Assembly: GCA_963772005.1 (NCBI GenBank)
Contig: CAVYVS010000026.1
Coordinates: 69,380-93,379, forward strand
Length of the DNA stretch: 24,000 nucleotides
Direction: 5' to 3'
From: an uncultured Nitrososphaerota archaeon
GTDB lineage: Archaea > Thermoproteota > Nitrososphaeria > Conexivisphaerales > DTJL01
Below the pieces are notes generated by a model that was not told the origin of the DNA, made no database searches, and saw only the letters and a program-made list of their open reading frames with translations. How positions within the stretch are numbered: position 1 is the stretch's first letter; each line of letters begins with the position of its first letter. Below are positions 1 through 8,336 of this stretch, one piece after another. The translations under genes and the position numbers were made by a program.

Positions 1-213
1 TCGGTCATCAAGGAGGCGTTCGCCAAGGCGTCGGGAAGGGTGCCCGCTGACGTGAAGGTGGAGATCCTATACGCTGGGGCTCCCCGGTACAACCTAAGGC
101 TCTACGCGGAGAACTTCAAGGTAGGAGAGCGCGTCCTGACGGGGTTCGTCGACGAGGTCAAGTCGGAAGTCGGGAGCAAGGGGAACCTGAACTTCATCCG
201 AGAAAAGAGCTGA
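1..213 (+). CDS. translation initiation factor aIF2 alpha subunit, C-terminal fragment (5' end outside window)
   Basis: Frame 1 is open from the window edge to TGA 211-213. The translation SVIKEAFAKASGRVPADVKVEILYAGAPRYNLRLYAENFKVGERVLTGFVDEVK resembles the aIF2-alpha C-terminal domain (GAPRY region). The conserved archaeal aIF2a-nop10 gene pair follows 8 nt downstream. Confidence 0.75.
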   Translation, partial: SVIKEAFAKASGRVPADVKVEILYAGAPRYNLRLYAENFKVGERVLTGFVDEVKSEVGSKGNLNFIREKS

Positions 214-220
214 AATCCTG

Positions 221-385
221 ATGAAGGGCCTCATGAGACGCTGCGAGAAGTGTGGCGCCTACACCTTCGAAGAGGCCTGTCCGAAGTGCGCCGGCAGGAC
301 GCTGCTGGCTCACCCACCGAAATTCTCGCCTCAGGACAAGTATCTTAGGCTCAGGATGAAGCAACAAACGCAGACCCGCGAATGA
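221..385 (+). CDS. nop10: H/ACA ribonucleoprotein subunit Nop10
   Basis: 54 aa, too short for the ORF track: MKGLMRRCEKCGAYTFEEACPKCAGRTLLAHPPKFSPQDKYLRLRMK. It has a CxxC...CxxC zinc ribbon plus the P-x-x-FSP-x-DKY signature of archaeal Nop10. An alternative start is ATG 233. Confidence 0.85.
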   Translation: MKGLMRRCEKCGAYTFEEACPKCAGRTLLAHPPKFSPQDKYLRLRMKQQTQTRE

Positions 386-404
386 CGATCTAACTCAGCT
401 TCTG

Positions 405-2579
405 CTACGGACCAGGGTTGACCTTGTAGATCAGGACCTGAGCGAAGAAGCCGCTGCCATCGGGAGTTCCTGCCGATTTGAACACGAGCTCGAATGGGTG
501 GGCGCCAGCAGGGAATGTGATGTTGTAGGTGTATAGAGGGAGCTGGATCACCGTAGATGGAAGGGTGGGATCGTAGGACTGGGCAATCGTTGAAAGCTGG
601 CCGGTCGTGCTGTCGAACTGGCCGTAGCCCTGGAACGCGAACGGCAGCATCTCTCCGATCAGGGTCGAATTCCAGAACTGGTAGTTGGGCATGTCGGTGA
701 TAGGATCCAGGAAGGAGGTCAGGTTCACGTTCCCGAAGGCGCTGTTGGCGATAAGGGCCATCTGATCGAACTTGCCTTCGTCGCCACCCAAGGAGTACAC
801 CCTCCCGATGACATCGTAGCCGTTGCCCAGGCTGCGTCCGGTCGCGAAGACCACTATGTAGTCGCCGCCCAGCTGCTCAGCAATCTGAAGAGCGTTCGTA
901 GTGTTGGACATGTACATGTCGCCCACCTGCGCTATCCTGGTGGAATTGAGGGTGCCGTTGTCGGTGAACGTGGTCCGGTTGCCCAAGACGGTTATCCAGT
1001 AGCCGTAGTCCCACCATGAAATTATCTTGGCGTTGGCTGGCGTGTTAGTGCTGATCCAGGTCAGGGCTTGTTGCCAGTCGGGCACGTCCTCCGGGAGAAT
1101 GGTGCCCGAGGACTCGATCTGTAGGGGCCTCACGGTCACCGGATGCCACACCTCGACGGCCGAGAAGAAGATCAGGAATATCATGGCGAAAGCGAATATG
1201 GCCTTCCTGGCGTTGATGGTCGTATCAGGGGACTTCCTCTTGGGGTCGGACTTCATAGCGATGTACCGGGACGAAAGCTCGCTGAACACGAAGCCCCCGG
1301 CGACGCCTGCCATGATGGAAAGGTAGACCTGCAGCCTCGCAAAGGAGGAGGCAACGTAGAGGGAGGACAGGAAGGCGACGACTGCAAGTATCGCGCCCGG
1401 CGTCCTCTTCTTGATCAGGAGGTAGGTCCCGAAGAGGGCGAGCACGAGCACAATGGAGTAGGACTGGAGGAGCTCGATGCCGCTGGTCGACTGATGCTCA
1501 GCCACTGAAGACACTATGGCCGCGTCGGGCCCGACGGTCCTGTAGAACGGATCGATGACTGAAAGGTACCTCGCAGTGATGTTGGTCGGCAGCACCAGGA
1601 AGACCACCACGGCGATGATGCCCATCCCCACAAGGGTTCCCCACTTGCCGATCACCTTGTTCTTGTCGGGGAGCCTCTTGCCGGCGAAGGTTACGGCGAG
1701 CCCGCCGAGGATTCCCAGGGCCAGCACCAGGTTGGCCGCGCTCCTAAACCAGTCGATCCCCGGGTTGGGGAATGCCGTGCCAACGATGATGTTCATGAAG
1801 AGGACTATCAGGCCAGCGTAAGACTTCTTGTAGTCCACGGTCGTGAGGAGGGGCACCGCCAAGAACATCAGCCCGAGGATTCCGTTGAAGTACTCGCCCC
1901 CACCCCAGCAGACGTTCGTGTAGCCCAAAACGAGGCCGGCCACCACCGAATACATCCACATCTTCTTGTTGGTGGGAGCCTCGTAGGCACAAAGGGCCAG
2001 ATACAGCGCCCAGACTCCCAGGAACAGGGCAAGGGGCTCGTGCTTGTACCAGCCTATGCTTGACCGCAGGATGAAACCAGGCGTGAGGATCGTGAAGAGC
2101 GCCGCGGCAATCCCCGTGCCTGTCCCCCTGATCTTGCGGCCCAGGAGGAAGACGGGGACGATGATCAACGCGCCGAAATAGGCGGGCTGGATGACGGTGT
2201 AGTCGAAGAGGGAGATGCTGACTCCCAGGACCTTGGTAAGGAAGAGGTAGAGGAAGGCCGTGGTGTAGTAGAAGCCCGAGAAGGTCTCGGTGGCCATGTT
2301 GTAGCCAACCGGGTACCAGAAGTGCGTGTCCACCACGCTGAAGAAGCTGAAGAGGCCGCTCAGGCCCTTCGTGCTGATGTCGGTGACCACGATGTTCGTG
2401 GCGTAGTAGTGGAAGTAGGAGTCGAACTCGTCAAGAGTGTAACCGTACTGGGCCGGCTGCAGCCTGTAGAGAAGGGCTATGGCGAAGGTGAGGGCCATGG
2501 CCAGGAAGGCCGCCATCCTTGTCGCCTTGATGGTGGGCCTCCGTACGAGGGAGCGGATGCCGCCCAGTGGGTTGTCCAA
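405..2579 (-). CDS. aglB: archaeal oligosaccharyltransferase AglB (STT3 family)
   Basis: 724 aa with a polytopic N-terminal membrane domain and the WWDYGYW catalytic motif (ISWWDYGYWITVLG) ahead of a soluble C-terminal domain. The TTG start at 2579 is preceded by a Shine-Dalgarno-like GGTGAGGAG (2588-2596) with an 8 nt spacer. Confidence 0.9.
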   Translation of the reverse strand: MDNPLGGIRSLVRRPTIKATRMAAFLAMALTFAIALLYRLQPAQYGYTLDEFDSYFHYYATNIVVTDISTKGLSGLFSFFSVVDTHFWYPVGYNMATETFSGFYYTTAFLYLFLTKVLGVSISLFDYTVIQPAYFGALIIVPVFLLGRKIRGTGTGIAAALFTILTPGFILRSSIGWYKHEPLALFLGVWALYLALCAYEAPTNKKMWMYSVVAGLVLGYTNVCWGGGEYFNGILGLMFLAVPLLTTVDYKKSYAGLIVLFMNIIVGTAFPNPGIDWFRSAANLVLALGILGGLAVTFAGKRLPDKNKVIGKWGTLVGMGIIAVVVFLVLPTNITARYLSVIDPFYRTVGPDAAIVSSVAEHQSTSGIELLQSYSIVLVLALFGTYLLIKKRTPGAILAVVAFLSSLYVASSFARLQVYLSIMAGVAGGFVFSELSSRYIAMKSDPKRKSPDTTINARKAIFAFAMIFLIFFSAVEVWHPVTVRPLQIESSGTILPEDVPDWQQALTWISTNTPANAKIISWWDYGYWITVLGNRTTFTDNGTLNSTRIAQVGDMYMSNTTNALQIAEQLGGDYIVVFATGRSLGNGYDVIGRVYSLGGDEGKFDQMALIANSAFGNVNLTSFLDPITDMPNYQFWNSTLIGEMLPFAFQGYGQFDSTTGQLSTIAQSYDPTLPSTVIQLPLYTYNITFPAGAHPFELVFKSAGTPDGSGFFAQVLIYKVNPGP

Positions 2580-2587
2580 GCCGGCTT

Positions 2588-2596
2588 CTCCTCACC
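2588..2596 (-). promoter_or_regulatory. Shine-Dalgarno-like ribosome binding site for aglB
   Basis: The minus strand reads GGTGAGGAG, complementary to the archaeal 16S 3' end consensus, 8 nt upstream of TTG 2579. aglB is an internal gene of the gcvT-gcvH-aglB co-directional cluster. Confidence 0.5.
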
Positions 2597-2615
2597 TAGC
2601 CATGGGAAGGCAATA

Positions 2616-3035
2616 TTAACCTTCTTGAGCTGCCAGGTCTTCGACCAGCTTCGAATACTGCGCCGGCGCCATAAGGGAGTTCTTCGCGGTCTCGAGAGAG
2701 GAGGTGGAGAGCCGGAAGAACCAGCCCTTGCCGTAGGGGTCTTGGTTTATCAGCTCCGGATGCTGCACCAGCTCGTCGTTGACGGCTGTCACCTTCCCGG
2801 TCACGGGGGCCATGACGTCCGACACTGATTTCACGGACTCGACAGTGGACGCCGCCTTCCCTCCTTCGAGGGAGTAGCCGACCTGGGGCAACGTCACAAA
2901 TACGATATCGTGGAGCATCTCGGCGGCGTAATGGGTTATGCCCACCTCCGCCGCATCGGCGCCGACCACCCTCAACCACTCATGGTCCTTGGTATAGAGC
3001 AGGTCCTCCGGGATGTCGTACTTTCCAGCCTTCAC
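2616..3035 (-). CDS. gcvH: glycine cleavage system protein H
   Basis: 139 aa with YTKDHEWLRV and the lipoyl-lysine context ESVKSVSDVMAPVTGKV. The GTG start overlaps the gcvT stop (GTGA, 3032-3035). Confidence 0.9.
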   Translation of the reverse strand: MKAGKYDIPEDLLYTKDHEWLRVVGADAAEVGITHYAAEMLHDIVFVTLPQVGYSLEGGKAASTVESVKSVSDVMAPVTGKVTAVNDELVQHPELINQDPYGKGWFFRLSTSSLETAKNSLMAPAQYSKLVEDLAAQEG

Positions 3036-4144
3036 ACCAACTTCCTCCTCCAGCCGTACAACTCCGGATTGTAAAACGGAGGGGGGTGTATTTCAGCTTT
3101 GCATCTCGTTCCGCGAACGTCGACCGACAGCTCTGACCCGACCGGGAGGGGGCTGTCGAGGTAGGCCAGCGCGATGCCCTTCCTGACGATCGGGGAGAAG
3201 GTTCCGCTGGTGACGACTCCAACTTCGTTCCCTTCTCGGAGGACTCGGTAGTGGCTCCGGGGGATGCCGCTCTCAGGGCATATCAGACCCGTCAACGCCT
3301 TCGAGGCCCCTCCGCTCATCTGGCGGACGTGGGTCTCCTTGCCGATGTATCCCTCCTTGGCCGTGTCGATGAACCTCGTCAGGCCTGCTTCAACTGGGGT
3401 CGTGTCCGCCGTCAGGTCGTTGCCGTATAGGGGCAGGCCGGCCTCTAACCTGAGCGTATCCCTGGCGCCCAACCCGCAGGGCTTGGCCCTTTCAGACAGC
3501 TTCCTCCACATCAGGGAGGCTGCTTCGGGCCTCTCCAACGTGACGCCACGAAGCATGAGTTCGAAGCCGTCCTCACCGGTGTACCCGGTCCTAGACGCTA
3601 CGAGTTCCAGGCCCTCGAAGTCAAGAATGGAAAAGCGAAACCGTTTGACCAAGGAGAGGTCGATCGAAAGGGCCTCCCTGATGAGCTCCCTCGCCATCGG
3701 GCCTTGCACGGATATGAGCGAAGACTCTGAAGTAAGGTCGCTGAGGGCGACTTTGTATCCCTTCGACCACGTCTTCAGCCATTCGAAATCCTTCTGGTGG
3801 TTGGCGGCGTTCACCACCATCAGAAACTTCTCCGGGGAGACCTTGTAGGTAATGAGGTCGTCGATGACCCCGCCATTCTCATAGCAGAGGAACGTGTACT
3901 GGGCCCGCCCGGGGTCCGCCTTCGCGACGTCCACGGTGACCATCTTGTTCAGGAAGGCCTCCGCCTGCCCTCCCTCGACGAGGAATCGCGCCATATGCGA
4001 AACGTCGAAGATCCCGGCCGCGTTCCTTACGGCCAAATGCTCCGCCACGATGGAGTCGAAGTAGAGGGGGAGATCGTAACCAGCGAACTCCGTGATTTTG
4101 GCTTGGGATCTATATTCGTTGAATAGTTGTGTCCTGGAAGCCAA
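3032..4144 (-). CDS. gcvT: glycine cleavage system aminomethyltransferase T
   Basis: 370 aa showing full-length GcvT-like sequence (FAGYDLPLYF, GIFDVSHMARF, ASRTGYTGEDGFEL, GLGARDTLRLEAGLPLYG). TTG start at 4144. Confidence 0.92.
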   Translation of the reverse strand: MASRTQLFNEYRSQAKITEFAGYDLPLYFDSIVAEHLAVRNAAGIFDVSHMARFLVEGGQAEAFLNKMVTVDVAKADPGRAQYTFLCYENGGVIDDLITYKVSPEKFLMVVNAANHQKDFEWLKTWSKGYKVALSDLTSESSLISVQGPMARELIREALSIDLSLVKRFRFSILDFEGLELVASRTGYTGEDGFELMLRGVTLERPEAASLMWRKLSERAKPCGLGARDTLRLEAGLPLYGNDLTADTTPVEAGLTRFIDTAKEGYIGKETHVRQMSGGASKALTGLICPESGIPRSHYRVLREGNEVGVVTSGTFSPIVRKGIALAYLDSPLPVGSELSVDVRGTRCKAEIHPPPFYNPELYGWRRKLV

Positions 4145-4176
4145 GAAGATTCAAAGCGGGGCTAGCTCAGCAGATG

Positions 4177-4182
4177 TTATAA
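4177..4182. promoter_or_regulatory. palindromic TATA element (TTATAA) between divergent gcvT and cofE
   Basis: This is the only A/T-rich element in the 65 nt divergent intergenic region. Its centre lies 30.5 nt from ATG 4210 (+) and 35.5 nt from TTG 4144 (-). Confidence 0.45.
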
Positions 4183-4209
4183 GGATAGCTCGCAGAGAAC
4201 GCATCAGAA

Positions 4210-5025
4210 ATGAGACGAAAGGCCATCATGCTCATCCCCCTGGCCTGCCGCAAGATGGAGGGTCCGTTCGACTTCATCTCGGAGTTGAAGGTGAACCTCG
4301 GGGAGAACGAGGAGGAGCTTAGGCATGGGGACCTCCTGGTGATCTCCGGCAAGTACCTGGCCATGGCGGAAGGAAGGTACGTCGACCTCAGCCGGGTGAT
4401 CGCCCTGGAGGACGCAAAGGAGTACGCGGAGAGTTACGGAATGAGTCCGGGCCTCTCCGAGACGGTCCTGCGGGAGTCCGACTATGTGCTGCGGGGGCTT
4501 CATGGCTTCATATTGACGGTCAAGGATGGCTTCTTCGCCCCGAACGCGGGGGTCGACAAGTCCAACATCGGCAGGGGGAGTGCCATCCTTCACCCCTCGA
4601 ACGGGCCGGGACTCGCCGCTAGGCTGCGGAGAGAGGTGCTGGTCGCCTTTGGAGTTCGCGTCGGCGTGGTGATCACCGACAGCAGGCTGCAACCTCTCAG
4701 GCGGGGGACCGTGGGAACGTCTATCGGGTTCTCCGGATTTGATGCGGTGGTCGATGACCGAGGGCGTGTCGACCTATTCGGCAACAGGCTGAAGGTCACT
4801 AGGAGGGCGGTGGCAGACGACCTTTCGAGCGCAGCGGAGTTGCTCATGGGTGAGTCAGACGAAAGCGTACCGGTGGTGGTCGCAAGAGATACGGGCGTCC
4901 GACTTGCGGATACGGACTTCTTCGACGTGTCGGTGCCGGCAGACGAATGCATCTTCGTCAGGGGGCTCTCTCGGTTTGGCGCAGGAAGCCCTAGCGAGGA
5001 TGGCCCTCCGCGATTCTCTTCTTGA
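4210..5025 (+). CDS. cofE: coenzyme F420-0:L-glutamate ligase (CofE family)
   Basis: 271 aa carrying the CofE-type motifs LVISGKYLAMAEGRYVDL, APNAGVDKSNIG and ITDSRLQPLRRGTVGTSIGFSGF. ATG 4210 sits ~30 nt downstream of the TATA element. Confidence 0.75.
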   Translation: MRRKAIMLIPLACRKMEGPFDFISELKVNLGENEEELRHGDLLVISGKYLAMAEGRYVDLSRVIALEDAKEYAESYGMSPGLSETVLRESDYVLRGLHGFILTVKDGFFAPNAGVDKSNIGRGSAILHPSNGPGLAARLRREVLVAFGVRVGVVITDSRLQPLRRGTVGTSIGFSGFDAVVDDRGRVDLFGNRLKVTRRAVADDLSSAAELLMGESDESVPVVVARDTGVRLADTDFFDVSVPADECIFVRGLSRFGAGSPSEDGPPRFSS

Positions 5026-5683
5026 ACCTCTGGGCGTCGGCATACATCGCGACCCCATGGAATGCAAAGTAGGCCTTCTTCGAGCCTGAGGTCCTTGCTC
5101 CTCCTTCTATCCTTTCGAGGTCCTCGGAGGCGAACCGGTAGAGGTTGTGCTTTCCCAATCCGAACAACCTCGTATAGAGTATCTCGTCACGAAGGTCGGG
5201 GCCGGAGCGGGTCAGGTCCGTCACCTGGATGATCCGATTTGAGTCCAGTATGGAGAGGGTGCGGAGAGAAGGGCTCGAGCGGACTTCCCAAGCGAGCCTC
5301 AGCGAGCGGGACCGCAGGGATTCGACTAGCCCTGAAATCCCACCATCGGGGACCTTGGAGGGGTCGAGCCTAGCCGGGGTCTGCAGCACTAGAAGGTTGG
5401 AGCTCAGGGCGTCGCATACCTCGGACAGGTAGTCGATTGCTGCCCGGATGTGAAGGAGGTGCCCAGACGAGAGGGCGGGGGTGAGTTCCCTGCTGCACTT
5501 GACGGTGAACTCGAACCCGGGGGGGACCACCTCCCTCCAGCGGGCGACAGTCCGGAGGGGGACTCTCGTGTAGAAGGTCGAATTGACCTCCACGAAGTCG
5601 AACAGCTTGGAGTAGCCCACCAGCTTGTCCGGGACGTCGAGAGGGAAGTACTGCCAGCCGCCCGTGCCGACGCGAAACTCCAC
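4991..5683 (-). CDS. DUF72 (UPF0759/YecE-like) family protein, divergent paralog
   Basis: 230 aa. The N-terminus MEFRVGTGGWQYFPL...FDFVEVNSTFY matches the DUF72 GT.GW.Y / E.NSTFY signature. GTG start at 5683. The 3' end overlaps the cofE 3' end by 35 nt (convergent). Confidence 0.72.
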   Translation of the reverse strand: MEFRVGTGGWQYFPLDVPDKLVGYSKLFDFVEVNSTFYTRVPLRTVARWREVVPPGFEFTVKCSRELTPALSSGHLLHIRAAIDYLSEVCDALSSNLLVLQTPARLDPSKVPDGGISGLVESLRSRSLRLAWEVRSSPSLRTLSILDSNRIIQVTDLTRSGPDLRDEILYTRLFGLGKHNLYRFASEDLERIEGGARTSGSKKAYFAFHGVAMYADAQRFKKRIAEGHPR

Positions 5684-5685
5684 GA

Positions 5686-5716
5686 TACGTTAAGAAGCCT
5701 CTCGGCGTATTTAACG
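5686..5716. promoter_or_regulatory. symmetric bidirectional promoter: two TTAA-core TATA elements in an inverted repeat (CGTTAA 5688-5693 / TTAACG 5711-5716)
   Basis: The inverted repeat is centred at 5702, exactly midway between GTG 5683 (-) and ATG 5721 (+). Each TTAA core is 29.5 nt upstream of the start codon on the far side, so the two promoters are interdigitated. Confidence 0.5.
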
Positions 5717-5720
5717 GGCG

Positions 5721-6539
5721 ATGCCGCTTCGGATGGGAACCTGTGGGTGGAGCTACGACGAATGGCTCGGGGTCTTCTACCCAACCAAGGACACCTCGAA
5801 GCTCTCCTTCTACTCCAGGGTCTTCAAGACGGCGGAGGTGGACAGCACCTTCTACGACTATCCGAACGAGAAGGTCGTGTTCGGCTGGTCGAAGTACAGC
5901 CCGCTGGACTTCCAGTTCAGCCTCAAGATACCGCAGCTCATCACCCACAAGAAGAGGCTGAGCCTGCGTCTCGGGGTCGAATCGGACCTGGAGAGGTTCC
6001 TGGAGCTCCTCAGGCCGCTCTCAATCCTGAACAAGATCGGAGTCCTGCTGGTGCAGCTCCCGCCCAGCCTGTCGTCGGACCTTGACCTCCTCGAATCGTT
6101 CCTTAAGGTCCTCCCCGCCGAGACCTACCACTTCGCCGTGGAGTTCCGCCACGAATCTTGGTGGAACGAGGACACCTGGAGGCTCCTCAGGAAGTACGGC
6201 GTTGCCAACACCACGGTGGACGAGCCCCTCCTGCCGCCCGAGATGGTACGGACTGCCGACTTCACCTATGTCCGATGGCACGGCCTCGGAGAAAGGGTCT
6301 GGTACGACTACAGGTATTCGAAGGACCAGATAGGGGAGTGGGTTCCGAAGATCCGGGAAGCCCTCAAGACCTCCAAGGAGGTCTACGGCTACTGGAACAA
6401 CCACTTCCACGGCTACGCCGTCCTGAACGGCCTCGAAGCCCTCGAGCTGATGGGGATGCTCACCGAAGAGCAGAAGGCGGCGCTCAAGGATGTCTCGTCC
6501 CACGTCGACGGGAAGCAGAAAGGAATCCTGGACTACTGA
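5721..6539 (+). CDS. DUF72 (UPF0759/YecE-like) family protein
   Basis: 272 aa with canonical DUF72 sequence features (MGTCGWSYDEWLGVFYP, AEVDSTFY, LVQLPPS, FAVEFRHESW, YVRWHG, YGYWNNH). Confidence 0.85.
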   Translation: MPLRMGTCGWSYDEWLGVFYPTKDTSKLSFYSRVFKTAEVDSTFYDYPNEKVVFGWSKYSPLDFQFSLKIPQLITHKKRLSLRLGVESDLERFLELLRPLSILNKIGVLLVQLPPSLSSDLDLLESFLKVLPAETYHFAVEFRHESWWNEDTWRLLRKYGVANTTVDEPLLPPEMVRTADFTYVRWHGLGERVWYDYRYSKDQIGEWVPKIREALKTSKEVYGYWNNHFHGYAVLNGLEALELMGMLTEEQKAALKDVSSHVDGKQKGILDY

Positions 6540-6556
6540 GCGCGCCTCCGTCAAGG

Positions 6557-6577
6557 GTTGCCCCTGAAAGGGGGCCG
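6557..6577 (+). terminator. GC hairpin after the DUF72 gene (GCCCC-TGAAAG-GGGGC)
   Basis: A 5 bp G:C stem begins 18 nt after stop 6537-6539. There is no strong T-run, so its function is uncertain. Confidence 0.25.
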
Positions 6578-6590
6578 GGGGGAACCCAAA

Positions 6591-6602
6591 ACAAATAAAT
6601 AT
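6591..6602 (+). promoter_or_regulatory. TATA box / promoter of metG (ACAAATAAATAT)
   Basis: An A/T island in GC-rich DNA. The 10-mer AAATAAATAT is identical to the one upstream of the thermosome gene (15872-15881). It places the transcription start near 6623-6626, which favours TTG 6643 over TTG 6604 as the start codon. Confidence 0.5.
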
Positions 6603-6642
6603 CTTGCCAAGGCGCTTCAACCTCGCTTTCGAAGGCGTCGGT

Positions 6643-8290
6643 TTGACAAAGTGGATCGTCGGCTCCGCCTGGCCCTACATCAACGGAACCCCCCATTTGG
6701 GGACATTCATCCACCTTCTTTCGGCCGACGTCTATTCCAGGTATCTCAGGCTGAAGGGCGATGAAGTCGTGTCGGTCTCCGGCTCCGACGAGCACGGGAC
6801 CCCCATCGAGGTCGAAGCGACGAAGTTGGGCATTTCACCCAAGGCGCTTACCGACAAGAACCATGCCGGCCATAGTATCCCTCCTGAAACAGTACATGGT
6901 GGAGCTGAATAATTACACGAGGACCGAATCGCCCACCCACATCGCGTTCTCTCGGGAGTTCTACTCCAGGCTGTATCGGAACGGCTATGTTTCGAGCGAG
7001 TCAGTGCCGCTTCCTTACTGCCCGAGGGACGATCGGTTCCTCCCGGACAGGTTCGTCGAAGGCGTGTGCCCGTTCTGTGGTTTTGACGGCGCCAGGGGGG
7101 ATCAATGCGACAACTGCGGCCACCTCCTCGAGCCCGTCGAGCTCAAGAGCCCCAGATGCGTCATCTGCGGCACCTCGCCGATCATCAAGGACTCCGAGCA
7201 CTGGATCTTCGAGCTGCCCCGGCTGACGGACAGACTGAAGTCTTACATCGCCTCGTCTCCCCAATTCCCCGAGAACGCCAGAAACTTCTCGAACAGGTGG
7301 TTAGAGGAGGGCTTGAAGCCCCGGCCGCTTACGCGGGACAACAAGTGGGGGATACCGGCCCCCTTCCCAGGCTCTGAGGGCAAGACGATTTACGTGTGGA
7401 TGGAGGCCGTGCTGGGCTATGTCTCAGCCACCAAGGAGTGGGCGGAGCGTAAGGGAGACACGGCGGCTTTCGCCCGCTTCTGGAAGGACCCGGCGACGAA
7501 GACGGTCATATTCATGGGCAAGGACAACATTCCGTTTCACACCATCATCTTCCCGGCGCTCCTTATGGCGGCGGACGACGGATACGTCCTACCCTGGCAG
7601 GTGTCGTCCACCGAATTCATCCTCTTCGAAGGTCAGAAGTTCTCGAAGAGCAAGAACGTGGGCATATGGATGGACGAAGCTGCGAAGATTGCAGACCCCG
7701 AATACTGGAGGTTCGTCCTGATGTCGATTAGGCCTCAGGCGAAGGATGCCAACTTCGGGTGGTCTGAGCTCGAAAGGATCGTGAACAGCGACCTTAACGA
7801 CGTCATAGGCAACTACGTCCACAGGACCCTGACATTTATCAAGAGCAATTTCGGATCTGTGATACCCGAGCCGGGGCCTTTGGGAGATGAGGAGAAGGCC
7901 CTCCTGGCTTACGCTGAGGAGTCCGCATCAAGATTCCTTCGGCTAATGGACGATTTCGACATCAAGGAGTCCGTGAAGCAGGTGGTCGAGCTGGCCCGCA
8001 AAGGGAACGAATACATCAGCGTACGCGAACCCTGGGCCCAAGTCAAAAGGGACAGGGTGGCTGCGGCCACTACCCTTTTCGTTGCTTCCCAGCTGGTCTA
8101 CAGCATCTCCTTGATGCTCTACCCCTTCATGCCGAAGTCCTCAGCGGCCCTCTGTGGCATTCTGGGCCTCCCCCCTGACCCCGTGAGGATCGGCCTCGAG
8201 AAGCTGGGGAAGGTTGCACTCGACCCTGGCCACAGGCTCGGCCAGCCCGTCCCGCTCTTCTCGAAGATCAAGGTCCAGAAGGCTAACTGA
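6643..8290 (+). CDS. metG: methionine--tRNA ligase (MetRS), reading frame interrupted by a single-nt +1 frameshift near 6865-6871
   Basis: The N-terminal part lies in the frame of ORF 6604..6912 ([24 protein letters not shown]-type motif). The rest lies in ORF 6761..8290 (zinc knuckles CPFCG...CDNCG, CVICG; KFSKSKN, the KMSKS motif). Homology continuity is ...KALTDKNHA|(A/G)[20 protein letters not shown]. The track start 6604 (TTG) is an alternative. Confidence 0.9.
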
Positions 8291-8302
8291 CAGTCGAGAT
8301 AC

Positions 8303-8313
8303 GTTTTTTAGAA
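8303..8313 (+). promoter_or_regulatory. T-rich element GTTTTTTAGAA: probable metG terminator T-run doubling as the trxB TATA box
   Basis: A T6 run lies 14 nt after the metG stop (8288-8290). Its centre is 28.5 nt upstream of trxB ATG 8337. Confidence 0.45.
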
Positions 8314-8336
8314 GCTTTGGAACAATTGTGCTTCAT

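Noticed and set aside
1027-2828. Several 80-170 aa ORFs on the + strand overlapping aglB (1027..1326, 1143..1508, 1555..1821, 2322..2828) and similar shadow ORFs over most genes (for example 5370..5948, 6021..6620, 10972..11817, 15935..16615, 16659..17216, 19322..19905, 20803..21576, 21749..22624).
   Set aside because: They lie antisense or out of frame to strongly supported conserved genes. Their composition is Arg/Gly/Pro/Ser-rich and low-complexity, typical of open frames in GC-rich DNA. None shows a recognisable domain.
4991-5025. A 35 nt convergent overlap of the 3' ends of cofE and the DUF72 gene.
   Set aside because: Short convergent overlaps are common in compact genomes. The cofE C-terminal tail (GAGSPSEDGPPRFSS) is unconserved-looking, so the overlap may simply reflect a late stop codon.
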